NCBI GenBank assembly: GCA_964016885.1
Contig: OZ024746.1
Coordinates: forward strand, 16,740,001 to 16,804,000
Direction of reading: 5' to 3'
Source of the DNA: Eledone cirrhosa
Lineage: Eukaryota
DNA: 64,000 nt
Shown piece by piece: positions 1-13,231 of this stretch. The notes below the pieces were generated by a model. The model had not been told where the DNA came from. It saw only the letters and a list, made by a program, of their open reading frames with translations, and did no database searches. Position 1 is the stretch's first letter, and each line of letters opens with the position of its first letter. Both the position numbers and the translations under genes were made by a program.

Positions 1-1121
1 AACTGTTTAGTCAACCAAGGAAAGGTGGCACTTATGAGTCTTTCATGGCCTTCAAGACTGGTGCAAATTGGTGGGGAGGTACTCTCAAACTGGGTACTTA
101 GTTTGAATACTTGCAACAGCGTGGACTTCACTGACACCCAAGGGTCAGCTAGTAGTGTTAAAGTGGTAACAGAATTAAGTCTACCCCACCACCCACCCAA
201 GACCAAGTAACTCCACAGCAGTATTTGAACTCGGAATGCAGATATCCAGAACAAATGCCACAAGCTATTTTGTCTGATGTTCTAGTAACTCGGCCAGTCT
301 TAAAAGAGACTTCTTTCCTGTATATTCCTATTCAATTAACTTACTAACATTTCAACCAAATCTTTCTCTAACTTTCATACTAACTTCTTTCAGATATAGC
401 AGTCTGCTACTGGATATATTCCTCTCCAAGCTACTAGCATTTCTTTCTGTCAAAACTGGTCTTGTACTGTCCCTGACCACCACAATGTATTCTCCAATTC
501 CACCCCTCCATCTCCTCTTCTATCTGCCCCTTCTCCATCCTTTCATACCGACTCTGAAATAATTTAGGGTCATTACCTTTTCCCTCTCACTACCTATGAT
601 CTTTACTTTTTTTGTGATATTTGGCATGAATTATCCATCATCATCATCATCATTTTATGTCTGGTATCCATGATGGCATGGGCTGGACAAGTCATCATGG
701 TCTGAATCGGTTCTTATTTGAAGTTATTATCTTCAGTGATGGGTCAAAAGACCACATGACATTCATATGTTCCAAATTTTGGCATGGGTTTTACAGCTGG
801 ATGCCCATAATACCAACCATTATGCAATGTGTCATTGTTTTAGCATCAAAGACAAATTAAGTGACATTAGATTCCATATCATCATCATCATCACCAATTG
901 GAAGGATCATTACAGACCAAGTCTGTACTTAATCAAAGCTACTGTCCTCCAAGGTGGATTGGGGACCTTGTCTTACTTACATGAATTCCAGTTTTGTCAT
1001 ACTTTCTAGGGTTGGATGCCCTTTGTAATGTCAACTACCTTACAAAGTGTACTAACTACATTTAATTATGGCACCAGCACAAGGAAGGTTTCTTCATTGG
1101 TGCAACTAGAAAGTCCTTTAA

Positions 1122-1238
1122 TTTTATTCACTTCATATTTATCATTTATTTCTTGGTGTCAAAATTCTCGTTGCATTGTTTGGTCACTGATGAAAATTTC
1201 CATACCAAGAAATAAATGATGAATGTAAAGTGATAAAA
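1122..1238 (+). repeat. Imperfect inverted repeat / hairpin, arms about 50 bp
   Basis: ttttattcacttcatatttatcatttatttcttggtg.. pairs with ..taccaagaaataaatgatgaatgtaaagtgataaaa; many arm differences are G-U compatible on the + strand. Confidence 0.6.
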
Positions 1239-2898
1239 TGACTTCCATGAGATAATTGCTTTAGTTTCAACAGTCTTGGATAAAGTAAAGTACAATTCCA
1301 AAATTAAATAAAAAGTCCTCTCAGTTTAATGTTTAGTTTTTTTTTCTCATACTTTTTACTTTTTCTAATTTTTTCCCCAAATGTTTAATCATGGGGTTTT
1401 CATCCTGAGTTTCTAGTAGAGAGAGAGAGAGAGAGCTAGCTTAATGGTGTGGAGTTCTCTATCTAGAAATTAATAAGATTAAACCTGCCAGGAAATGACA
1501 TTGCCAGACATTTGTTTATGTATTTCTTATTAAATTTGAGTAACATAAGTGAATTGAAATAGGAAACATAACTCTTATTCACCTAACCTCACCCCACCCT
1601 ACCCAAAATTTGGAATTACTACTTGCAAGTGACCAATGTTATAACAATTCTGCAAATCCATCACCCTGGTCTACTATTCTATCAACCCTGAAAGGATGAA
1701 ATGCTATTAACCTGAGTTGGATTTGAACTCATAACATCCTGTACCACATTAGCAAGACATCCCTGAAAAGTCTAAAACAATACTATGATTGCATCATATT
1801 AAAAGTGTTTAATTTATGGCAAATATTCACAGTAGTAAAGATACTATAAACATTTGAATTAATAAAAACCATTTTTAGATATTTCTGCTAAATCATTACA
1901 GGCTCTTAAAGTAAAGTACAATTCTCTAGTATATTATTCAGTATATTATTATCTTTCAGAAATACAGAGTAGCAGTCTTGATTGGATTCAATATGAAATG
2001 GTTAAATACCTATGTCATTAACCTTTCCATTACCATATGTCTAATGAAAGACTCTGCCTATGTCGTTAACCTTTCCATTATCATATTTCTAATGAAAGAC
2101 ACTAGATATAATTTTGAAAATAATCAAGAACTTTGATGGGTTTATTAAAAAACAAACAATTTTCTCATTAGTTATCAAAATAACTAATTTTCTTATTAAG
2201 CAGTTTTTATAGAAAAACTTAACATATGTTTTTAAATAAATGCAAAACACTTTAAAACAAACAGCTTTGTATCGGAGAACCAGTATTGATGGTTTGGGGC
2301 AGTTTCTATCACAGAACCAGTGGTGGTAGTTTGGGGCAGTTTGGAATCAAAACTCCTTTTAGGGAGGGAGTGTCAATAAATTAATTAGTTATTAATCAAG
2401 TACTAAATGTTATTGAATTGACTATACCCCTCTCCCAAAATATAAACTTGTGCTCCTCTCAAAATGTGGACAATAAGTCAATTGTATGTTAATTTCTAAT
2501 GATTTCCATGAATGACTCAGGAGTGAGTCACAACAATAACAACAACAGTAGACATTAACCCATGTAAGTGTGGAGATGATGATGATGATGACTGTTGTGC
2601 TATAATTCTAATGTAAATATCTTATTGGTTCACTGCTCATTATTTTGGCTATACAGAGGGTAGTGGACTGGAGGAGTCATTTGAACGGTGAACAAATGTG
2701 TTTAGCAGTATTTTTGCAGGCTCTTTATATTCTGAGTTCAAATCCCTTTGAGGTCAACTTTACCGTTCTTCCTTTCAAGGCCTATAAAATAAAATACCAG
2801 TTTAAGTACTGGATATAATCAGCTTTCCCTTCTCCTAAATTGCTGACCTTGTGCCTAAATTAGAAATTATTATTTTGGTTATACTACTATATATATTA

Positions 2899-3127
2899 TG
2901 GAGGCATATGGCCTAGTGGTAATGGAGTTGGATTTACGATCATAATTTCATGGGTTTGATTCCAGGACTGGGTTGTGAGTTGTGTTCTTGAGCAAAACAC
3001 TTCATTTCATGTTGCTCCAGTATACTCAGCTGAAAATGAGTACCAGCAATAGCTGGGGGTTTAACCCTGTGATGGATTGGTGTCCTATGTAGGGGGAGTT
3101 TTGAACTCTCAGTCGCTTCATGCCATA
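2899..3127 (+). mobile_element. tRNA-derived SINE (old copy)
   Basis: Head ggaggcatatggcctagtgg (A box) and ggtttgattcc (B box), followed by the gtgttcttgagcaaaacac body shared with copies at about 9230-9410 and 39071-39395. Confidence 0.6.
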
Positions 3128-3480
3128 ACTTATATACAAGTATATATGGTGTGTCCGTTTACTTTAGCATGTACTTTGCTAATATGGCTTACAAGCAGCT
3201 TTGAAATAATTTTCTTATATTTTGTCAAAGTTTTCTGTATTATCAAAAAACCTTGAGGTTGTTGACCTAAATTTGTTTCTTATGAAATTATTTATATTTT
3301 GTCTAATTTTGCATATTTTTCTGTATATATTCTTGTATAGGTCACACCTCATTTATATATATACAACATTTACAATGTACCATATATTTTAAATTAAGCT
3401 TTGTAAGTCCAGTAGATAACTTGCATGCTGGTCATATATTCATGGAAAAAAGTGCAACTTATACAGAAAGTATATATGGC

Positions 3481-3530
<50 letters not shown>

Positions 3531-4510
3531 TATATGTGCGCATGTAATCACTCATATGAACTTTGTATTTAATATATAAATGCTTATTGATGCTAACAAT
3601 GGCAATCCTTAAACATGTGGAATAGCTGTTGGCTAGAATATAATCTTGTTTCAATGTCCAAGGATGCTTGCAATAATTTACACTGATCAGCTCTTAAAAA
3701 GCCATTTCATTTTAATTTCCAATGCCCTGACTTTTTCTTATTTCTTTTCCAAAGTTAATACTAACCAACTGACAACAACAAGCCTTCTTTATCACTTCCA
3801 TGTCCACCTTCCAACCACAAGCCTTGTTGCTTATCTACTTTTGCTGTCCATAATTTACCCGAACTGGTCATATAAACTTTCATAACAACCAAAGTTTCTC
3901 TTTCCTGCTTCCACTAAAAATTCAGTAAAATTATATTTGTCCTCACTACTTTTGTAAATACTCTTAACTTAAGGGAAACTATTTTATAATATTTTCTTTA
4001 TTCCTAGGAATCCGTCTGTGTTAGTGGAAAGGTTTTGGGGAATTATTGAGAAGAAAGATATCTAGGAAAAACAAATAGAATACAAAAAAAAGTGATGTCG
4101 TCGCTGGCCACCATACAATAAGACTGGGTTTTATTTTTTATCATCGCCATTGTCATCGTTGTATCTGCCATGCTGTATTGACCAGATTTGTTTTTTATAT
4201 GCTATATACTACGTCTCAAGAATCAAAGCCTGCCTTATATCACCAGCATATCCTTTTTTTAAAATACAACTGGAATTATGAATTATCAGTGATCTCTAAC
4301 CTTTGTTTTTATTTCAACATAAATCTAACTTCCGCTAACATCAGTTTAAAAAATAAATTGAAAGATCAATTAACTCAATCCCATGAAATAATCAGAAAAA
4401 CAATTACATTCTTATATTTTATTAACTTACATGAATTTGAAAAACTTTTTTTTTTATCTCTGGACAAATTTGACATTTAAAAACAATTTAAATAGATTTT
4501 ATTATTTTTT

Positions 4511-7500
4511 ATGGTGGAGTCTTGTAAAAATGAAAGTAATCCTGCATATGATGCAATGAAACGCAGTGAAGCAGCTGATCTAGCAACCACTTCCAAAATT
4601 AATCAGAAGAATCCTCTTCCGTCTGGTTCCTCTGATAAATCATTTGAAGAAGAACTTATCAAGAGAGTTACAGAAATTAGATTAGTGAGAGAAAGTTTAT
4701 CAGCGACTAGTAGTAAAAGAAAAAACAAAAAAATTAAGAGTAGAAAAAATACTTTGAAGAAACGGTCTGTAAAAGAAGAAATAGAAAATCCAGAAGGAAT
4801 TGAAAAGAGTAACACACCAAAGAGAATTTCTGAGTATATAGACAGTTGTGAATTAAATGGCAGCAGTGATTCTGATAATGAAAGCTGTGATTATGTAAAC
4901 TCTGAGAAACAAAGTCAGGCATCTTTGAAACAAAAACATAGGAGACGGCGAAAAAGATCCAAGAAAAAAGTATTGACTGTAGAGGAAATATCATTAAATG
5001 ACCCAGCAATAGTTAAAACCTCAACAATTGACGAAAGCTTAATAACAGATTTGAACTATAATTTTAGTAAATTGTTTCTAGTTGATGAACAACCTGTAAA
5101 AGAGCCCTCAAATCTTGATCTTAAGCAAGTCTTTCCTTCTCAGTGTAAAGGGAAAAAACAGAAAAAGAAAATGTCCGGTGAATGGGATGATGGGCAAAAG
5201 GCATCTGATAAAAATGTTGTGGCTAAGACTAAAGGTATGTGTGTCTTTTGAGTTCTTGCTCAGTGAAAGACCATTTTCTGCTGATATCATGGCATCATTC
5301 ATCCTAATACTGGTTTTTTTCATTACCAAATTCTTCTTTATTTTGTTTACTTTTAAAAAAGCTTTGATTGAGGATTATGTATCTGAGTGTGTGTGTAGAG
5401 TGCATGTATATTCATGGATAGATAGGTAGGTAGGTAGATAAATCAATAAGTAGGTAGGTAGATGGACAGAGACAAATAGACAGACAGAGATAAAGTTTAA
5501 CTGACTTAGTTTAAATCTTTCTCAAGACTAGAGGCTCACCAGATCAGGGTTATGATAGACCAAGTCAATGCTTAGTCAGAACTACTGACTTTTCAGACAG
5601 GCCAGGAGCTCACATCTTGTTTACAGATATTCCAGCATTTTACAGAGTGTACTGGGTGCATTTTATCTTGGCACCAACACTAGGGAAGTTGTGCTTTTGA
5701 AACAACTGAAGAATCTTCTTGACAAGTTTTTTACAGCTTGATGCCCTACCTATCACCAACCTCTTTACAGAGTGTACTGGGTGCATTGTATTATGGCATT
5801 GTTATGTCTATGATGTAACTAAACATCATATTAAAAAGTGTAGATGTAGGGTTTCTAAAAAATCCTGTATGGTAGAGCATGACTGTTTTGGGGCCTGTGA
5901 GGTGGGAAGGCTCCTCTCATAATACAAGTGGCCTATGTGTTTTGGGTGGGGGTGAAAGCAGATATTCACGGCCCCATCCATGATTCTCCAGACCCCATTT
6001 TTCCCTTTTTCATCAGTTCAATTGGAACAAGTAAGTGATATTGTAAACAACAAGAAACTAATACAAAGATGCCCCAACATAGACAAAGGGATGAGAACAC
6101 TCTACCCTTTGGTTTAAATAAAGAGTTCAATTTAGATATTCTGAGAACATTACCAAATATGAAGAATGTGGATACAAGAGCTGAACTGTAGTTATAACAA
6201 ACAGTATGAGGTCACTAATCTGTATATAATAATTGTTTCTACTTTAGGCACAAGGCCAGCAAATTACCCAGTGCATTACTGGTACTTTATTTTATCGACC
6301 CCGTAAGGATGAAAGGCAAAGTCAACCTCGGCGGGATTTGAACTCAGACTGTAAAGGGACGTAACTATGCTAGAAAGCATGGCGTCCGACCCTCTACTGA
6401 TACTGCCAATCCTCCGCCCTCTGTATATAATAATAATGCCTTATCTTAGAGATTTAGATAAAATTTATTTTAACCCTTTAGTTACCATATGTCTAATAAA
6501 ATACACAGTATTTGAAATTTAAATCATGAATTATTTCATTATTATGATAGTATTTGTATCATAACTTAATAAGAGTTTCTCCTGTCAAGGTTTGTTCCCC
6601 TCTGTACCCTCTTTGGGGTCTCAGGATACACAACCTTTGTGCATCCATCCCACACCTCCCAGGACAGGTCACAGGCTCATCAGCAGTTTTTGCAGCTTGA
6701 AATGGAGACTGCAATATATTTTATGGTAACATGGCCGAGCGGTCTAAGACGCTGGTTTAAGGCACCAGTCTCTTTGGAGACGTGGGTTCGAATTCCACCA
6801 CTGACATGAAATAATAAGAGTTTCTTATAGAAAATTATTTTAGAAGATTTAAATTTAAATTGAAAATGGTATAGTTTTATAGAACTAGTGATGGTTTTTA
6901 GGCTGTAGATTAAACATTGACAGTTGGGAAAGGGTGCTCATTGTTGGAGTCAGGCTGATTGAGGATCTGTGGGGTTTCTCAATTAGACTTAGGTATTCAG
7001 CGCTTTGTACCAGCATGAATGAATGCTCTATTTAATACTATGAATATTTACTGTTTTGTTTTTGTCATTTCTATGTAAACTTCCACCTTCATGTTGTAAC
7101 TTGTCTTTGTAATGTTTCCTTCATCCAATGCCCTTGTGGCAAATAAAAGAATTATTATTATTATTACTATCATTAGGGCAGTGGATTGACAGTATCGGTA
7201 GAGCGTCAGACACCATGCTTTACGGTATAAAGTTATGGCCCTTTATGTTCTGAGTTCAAATCCCTCCGAGGTTAGCTTTGCCTTTCATCCTTACGGGGTT
7301 GATAAAATAAAGCACCAGTAGTGTACTGGGTCGATTTAATCGACTTTCCCCTCCCCTTCAAATTGTTGGTCTTGTGCCTAAAGTAGAAACAGTTATCATC
7401 ATCATCTTACTAAATGCACTATTTCCAACAAACACAGTTCACTATTTATTTATTTATATATTTATATTTGTCTAATTCTAGTGATTATCTTGGTATTTGA

Positions 7501-10500
7501 AGTTATTTCTGTTTTCCATGTAAATCTCAGCCAACTTTTGTCTTGATTTTCACAAAGCTTTTGTTTGTTCCACAGAAGTAAAAGGTTCATATTCGCAGCT
7601 CCTTGAAGAAGTTGAAAAGCCATTGCTCTACCAACCTGTTGACGAGATAGTATTACTATTATCGCCAATGGCGCAAAGGGGTGCTCACAACCAGATGGAT
7701 TACCAGCACAAGAACTGCAATAATCCAGTAAGTAAAACCTCCCTCTACTTTGAAATCTCTTGCCTTCTGTTTAATGGTGTCTTCTCTCTTTCACTTCTTT
7801 CATTATTCCAGTTTTTCTTATTGATTCAGTTCACCTTGTAAAATGATAGTGCTGGTGCCACAATAAAAAGCACCCAGCCCACACTGTAAAGTGGTAGTGC
7901 TGGTGCCACAATAAAAAGCATCCAGTGCACTCTGTAAATTGGTAATACTAGTGCCACAATAAAATGCACCTCCTAAGGATCAAGCCCACAGCCTTATGAT
8001 TGTGAGGCAACCACTAGGCTACATAGGTTCTCCTATCAAAACTAACAGGCTAACATGGCCAAATATGAACCATCATCATCATGTTTTTGGGGGGACTTTA
8101 TAAGACAGTGTTTTATAGCTGAGTGCCCTTCTTGACATCAAACCTTTTAGTTGCATCTTACTACAATCAAGGATATGGCATACCAAAGGTGAAATATGAA
8201 TCATTTTAATAAATAGAAGTTATTTATAGTTCAACATATTGGCATCCTGAACCTCCAAAACCACCTCCCAACTCATTTTAATCAGGATAGTGATGGCTTT
8301 CTGTAAGAACAAGCCCTCACAGTGGATGAAATCTTTTGGTGTATCTCACTCACCATCCTCCAAGGTAGTACATTCTTAATAGAAGTTATGGGCCAAGTGA
8401 ATAAATGTTTATAATGATGAATAAATATCCTGAAACACTTGGACCTGCCTCCCTCAGCCACTGAAATAGCTGTGACATGATCACAGCTTAAAACAATCAT
8501 AGTTAGATTGATGTATGTTTATTATACATAAACATATCGTATATATATGCCTTCATATACACCTCTATTAATTTCTGTTTTGTCAGCTGGGACCAAGAAA
8601 CATTTTCATGACATGCTATGATTTCCTTTTTTTTTTATTGTATTCACAAAATAAAAAAATTGTAAAAATTCTTAAAAAACAATTTATATTATTTTCTATT
8701 TCTATTTCAGCCATACAACAAACAAAACTATAGACCACTGTTTAAGCAGTCGTATCCTCCTTCACCAAATGGAATTTTGGGTAAATTACATTTTTATTAC
8801 TCTATATTTACTATTGTATTTTTATGGTAAAAGCTTTATCTCACATAATATTGAATCTATGAGATTTTGATATTATATATTTTGAGAACAATACCTTAAC
8901 ATAATTATGAGCAGCCGGTTATGGCCAGTTTGAACAGAAAGAGGTGAGAGAATTCTGACTGGACACGGCTGGTTTAAATGCTAAAGGGTTAAAATAGAAA
9001 TAAAATATAATCACAAAAGAGTTGTTCATTCTTAATACCTTTTTTTTGTTTGATAATACCCTGTCATAGAGGAGGGTCATAAACATCATTTTAAAATTGT
9101 TATAACTCTCATCTGCACAGGTTTTGCTGGCCTCTTGTGAGGCTTGCTTCACATAGGAGGAGATCTGAGTGTTTTGATGGTAGGGACCACAGTCCTATCA
9201 ACTCTCTTGAAGGTACACAACCTATTGGTTAGGATGTTGACCTCAGGGTTGCAAGGCTGGATGTTTCATTCCTGAATCAAGTGGTGCAGTGTGTCCTTGA
9301 GCTAGATTCTCTGTTTCATGTTGCTCCCGGCTAGTCAATTGAAAATATTGCTGGGGGTTAACAACTTTGCAAAGCCTGACATCCCATCTAGGGGCAAGTC
9401 TCGTACTCTCAGTTATATAACTCTTAATACCCTGTAAGGATTTAGCAGAAAATATTTTAAAATGGGTTTGTTAATTCAGATATTTATTGTATCTTTACTA
9501 GTGGACAAATCGTTTGTGAAAAATTTCAGTAAACTGAAGTATTTAATGTGATAAAGTCATAGTGCTGTCTTATACTTTTCAAAAATGTGTTGCTAATGCG
9601 GTTTGATGCAGAACATGATGTTAATATTTAACAACAGAGATTATGGGCTTACAATAGTGAGCCAAGAGGAAAAAGGAAATTCTATAATGGCTTACTCTGT
9701 GACTTTGTTTTTCCTGATATATCTACATGTTGAAATAATGGGGAATTTAGATTGATTTGATGCCAGAGGCACAGAAGCCAACGCAAGTTTTCAATCTTTC
9801 CTCCTATATAACAGCTCAATGGTAGCTATGCCATGTGGGTGGATAAATGACTTGGGAGCACATCGTAATGATTCGTTCATAGGAAATAGCATCTATATAG
9901 AACAAACAGGTGAATAACAATAAAAGAAATTTAGAATTCCAACAGTTTAACTAAGAACATGTTGAGATACTTACTCTTCCTTCACATATATTTAATATGT
10001 TTAAAGCTTAGAATTGTTCTTCTTTGTTAGGGAATCATGCTTCTCACAAATTTATGCACATCTCTCATTCATTTCTGTATTTAATCCTCACAGGTCATGC
10101 ACCCCACAACTTCACACCAATGTACAAAATGTCAAATCAAGCTCAACAACATCAACCACAACCACCTCCTCCTCTTCTGAACAACCAGATAAACAACGTC
10201 CCTTATGTATGTTAGGAGCTTCTAAAATATTTCTTTCTAATTAATTGTTATATATTAAATAACTTTTTGTGAACTCTATCCAAAATTAATTTTCATGAGT
10301 AAACATTATTGATATGTGTGTGTGTGTAAATGTTTTTGGTAGTGTACAGAATAATATATTAATAAACTATAATATATTTATTTTCTTACAGAAACCTCAA
10401 GACATCGAAGAGCAAGTTAAAAATAATCCCAACCTAATTATAGTAAGATATTTTTTTCAAATCTAATTGTCATATATATATATATATATCTAGGGAGTGT

Positions 10501-10526
10501 AACTTGGAGTTACTGCACAATTTCAC

Positions 10527-10568
<42 letters not shown>

Positions 10569-13097
10569 ATGAAATTATATTGATATATAAAATATCAACT
10601 CGTTGACCATACATAAACCCTCAATGTCAATTTGGTGCTAAAATACCAAAAATCACACAAACACATTAATCCTTTTTTTTTTCATTAACCCTTCTTTTTA
10701 TCCTTCTCAGGGTGAAATTCGAATCAACCCCAAGGATTACAAAGACTGCTACATACCACATCCTGTGAGTTTATTCCTCTGTCTTATGTCATTTTTTAGT
10801 TATTGTAAAATGTAAACATAAACTTCTACATAATCCTCAAGGGCTCATAAGCCCCATTGTTATAGTATTAAGCCTTTTAATACTAAACCAGCTGAAACCA
10901 ACCCTGATTTTATGATACCCAACTGTTTATTTTAAGATGTTTATATTTATATAAAAACTTTCTGCCATAATTTTATGTAAGAACCTTTGTTAATTTATGT
11001 TCCAAACACCAACTTAATAGTGAGAAAGTTATTTTATTAAATCTCTTTAAATTGTTATTTTCAAAATGATTTCTAGTAGAAATGTTCCAGGCATTTTCTT
11101 TTTTCAAGCTGGGATTACATGTTAATTTTTACATTTTTCAAAACATTGTTAAAAACAAGAGTTATGGGTTCATACATAGATACAAAGCTAAATGGGGACA
11201 TACAGGGAATATGTAAAGGATCATAAAACAAAGAATGATTGTGACTTTAAAAATTTTCCTAAAAATATGTTCTTCAAACACTGCCTGTTTGTTGCCTGAG
11301 AATGAAACAACTAATAATATTCTCTTTAAATAAATTTCTTTAGGATGGACACTCAGATATCTACATCTGTGGCACCAAGAATCGTAACTCAGCCCTAAAC
11401 GGAGACCGAGTTCTTGTTCTCTTGAATGACAAAACTAAATGGAAGGTAAGTCTTTTTAATTATCATCGATCTCATACTCCCATTTCTTTTCCTCTTCCCC
11501 ATTAATACCTTTTTTCACTCTGGTAAGTATACAGTAATTGCCCCAGTGTTGGTGTGACATTGTGTAAATTGGTAGTACTGGTGCCATGAGAAAATACACC
11601 CAGTACACCCTGTAAAGTGGTTGTACTGGTGCCATGATAAAATACACCCAGTACACCCTGTAAAGTGGTTGTACTGGTGCCATGATAAAATACACCCAGT
11701 ACACCCTGTAAAGTGGTAGTACTGGAGCCATGATAAAATACACCCAGTACACCCTGTAAAATGGTAGTACTGGTGCCATGATAAAATACACCCAGTACAC
11801 CCTGTAAAGTGGTAGTACTGGAGCCATGATAAAATACACCCAGTACACCCTGTAATATGGTTGTACTGGTTCCATGATAAAATACACCCAGTACACCCTG
11901 TAAAGTGGTAGTACTGGTTCCATGATAAAATACATCCAGTATACCCTGTAAAGTGTTTGTACTGGTTCCATGATAAAATACACCCAGTACACCCTGTAAA
12001 ATGGTTGTACTGGTTCCATGATAAAATACACCCAGTACACCCTGTAAAGTGGTAGTACTGGTTCCATGATAAAATACACCCAGTACATCCTGTAAAGTGG
12101 TAGTACTGGTTCCATGATAAAATACATCCAGTATACCCTGTAAAGTGTTTGTACTGGTTCCATGATAAAATACACCCAGTACACCCTGTAAAGTGGTAGT
12201 ACTGATGCTATGATAAAATATACCTCAACCTTAGTAGGGAACCCCTTACTGCTGCTGTCTTGCATGTTTCTGTCATATATTTGTTGAGCAATAATGAATT
12301 TTAAAATGTTACTTGTTTATTCCAAAGGTAAATAAAAAAGAACTGGATTCCAATTTTACATCAGAGTCTGATGATAATGAAGGTATAGAACAGCTTCTTG
12401 CTAATACCAGCCTAACAGAAAATGACCCAGCTGCCAAAGATGCAAAACCTGGAGAAGTTTCTAGTTGTTCCATGTCACCCCAACCCTTGTTTAACAAAGA
12501 TGGGCCACCAATTACTTGTCGTGAAACTCCAGATGAGACAGGAGCTATTGCTAATGTCGATGTTAATCTTAAAAGGTACCATTTTAAATCATAGATGTTT
12601 TCATCAATGGATGCCAATTCATTGCAGTTAACAGCCAGTTGATACTGGTACTCATTTTTTTTTCAACTGAGTTGATTGGAGCAGTGGTAGATGGTCTGAG
12701 AATTGGACCCATAAGCCTACAATTGTGAGCCCAACATCCTAACCACTATCCATATGCCTTCACAAACCAAAAAATATAGTTGTATGTATGAACCTATAAC
12801 TCCTGGTGGAGTTGTAGGGACACTAGTGACAAAGAACGTTTGTTGGGTATTCTAAACATGGTGAAGCCCAGCTCTTCTCTATGTCTGAACAGAGCTGATT
12901 TCTTTCACAGTTAGCAAGAGAGTGATAGAGAGGAAGTGAGAAATAGGGGAAGAATTGTCTGCAGTATTGGATTTTATCGACCTCAAAATGATAAAAGGCA
13001 AAGTTGACCTCTGTGAGATTTGAACTTAGAGACCGAGAGCTGGAAAAATGCTTCAAATTATTCTATCCAACATTCCAATGACTCTGCTAATTTGCAA

Positions 13098-13132
<35 letters not shown>

Positions 13133-13145
13133 GCACACGCACATG

Positions 13146-13231
<86 letters not shown>

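Noticed and set aside
1186-1215. CTGATGA as a hammerhead core
   Set aside because: Part of the 1122-1238 hairpin arm, with no correctly placed helix II, GAAA and helix III.
6618-6685. Minus-strand TGATGA..CTGA as a C/D snoRNA or hammerhead
   Set aside because: No terminal stem, antisense to the host gene, and no GAAA or helix II arrangement.
6725-6806. Functional tRNA-Leu gene
   Set aside because: Acceptor stem has 4 mismatches, there is no oligo-T terminator directly downstream, and it lies in a TSD-flanked insert.
11456-12265. 269-aa minus-strand ORF of 16-aa hydrophobic repeats; array superficially CRISPR-like
   Set aside because: By-product of a stop-free 48-bp minisatellite derived from a SINE; no unique spacers, no cas genes, and it sits in a eukaryotic intron.
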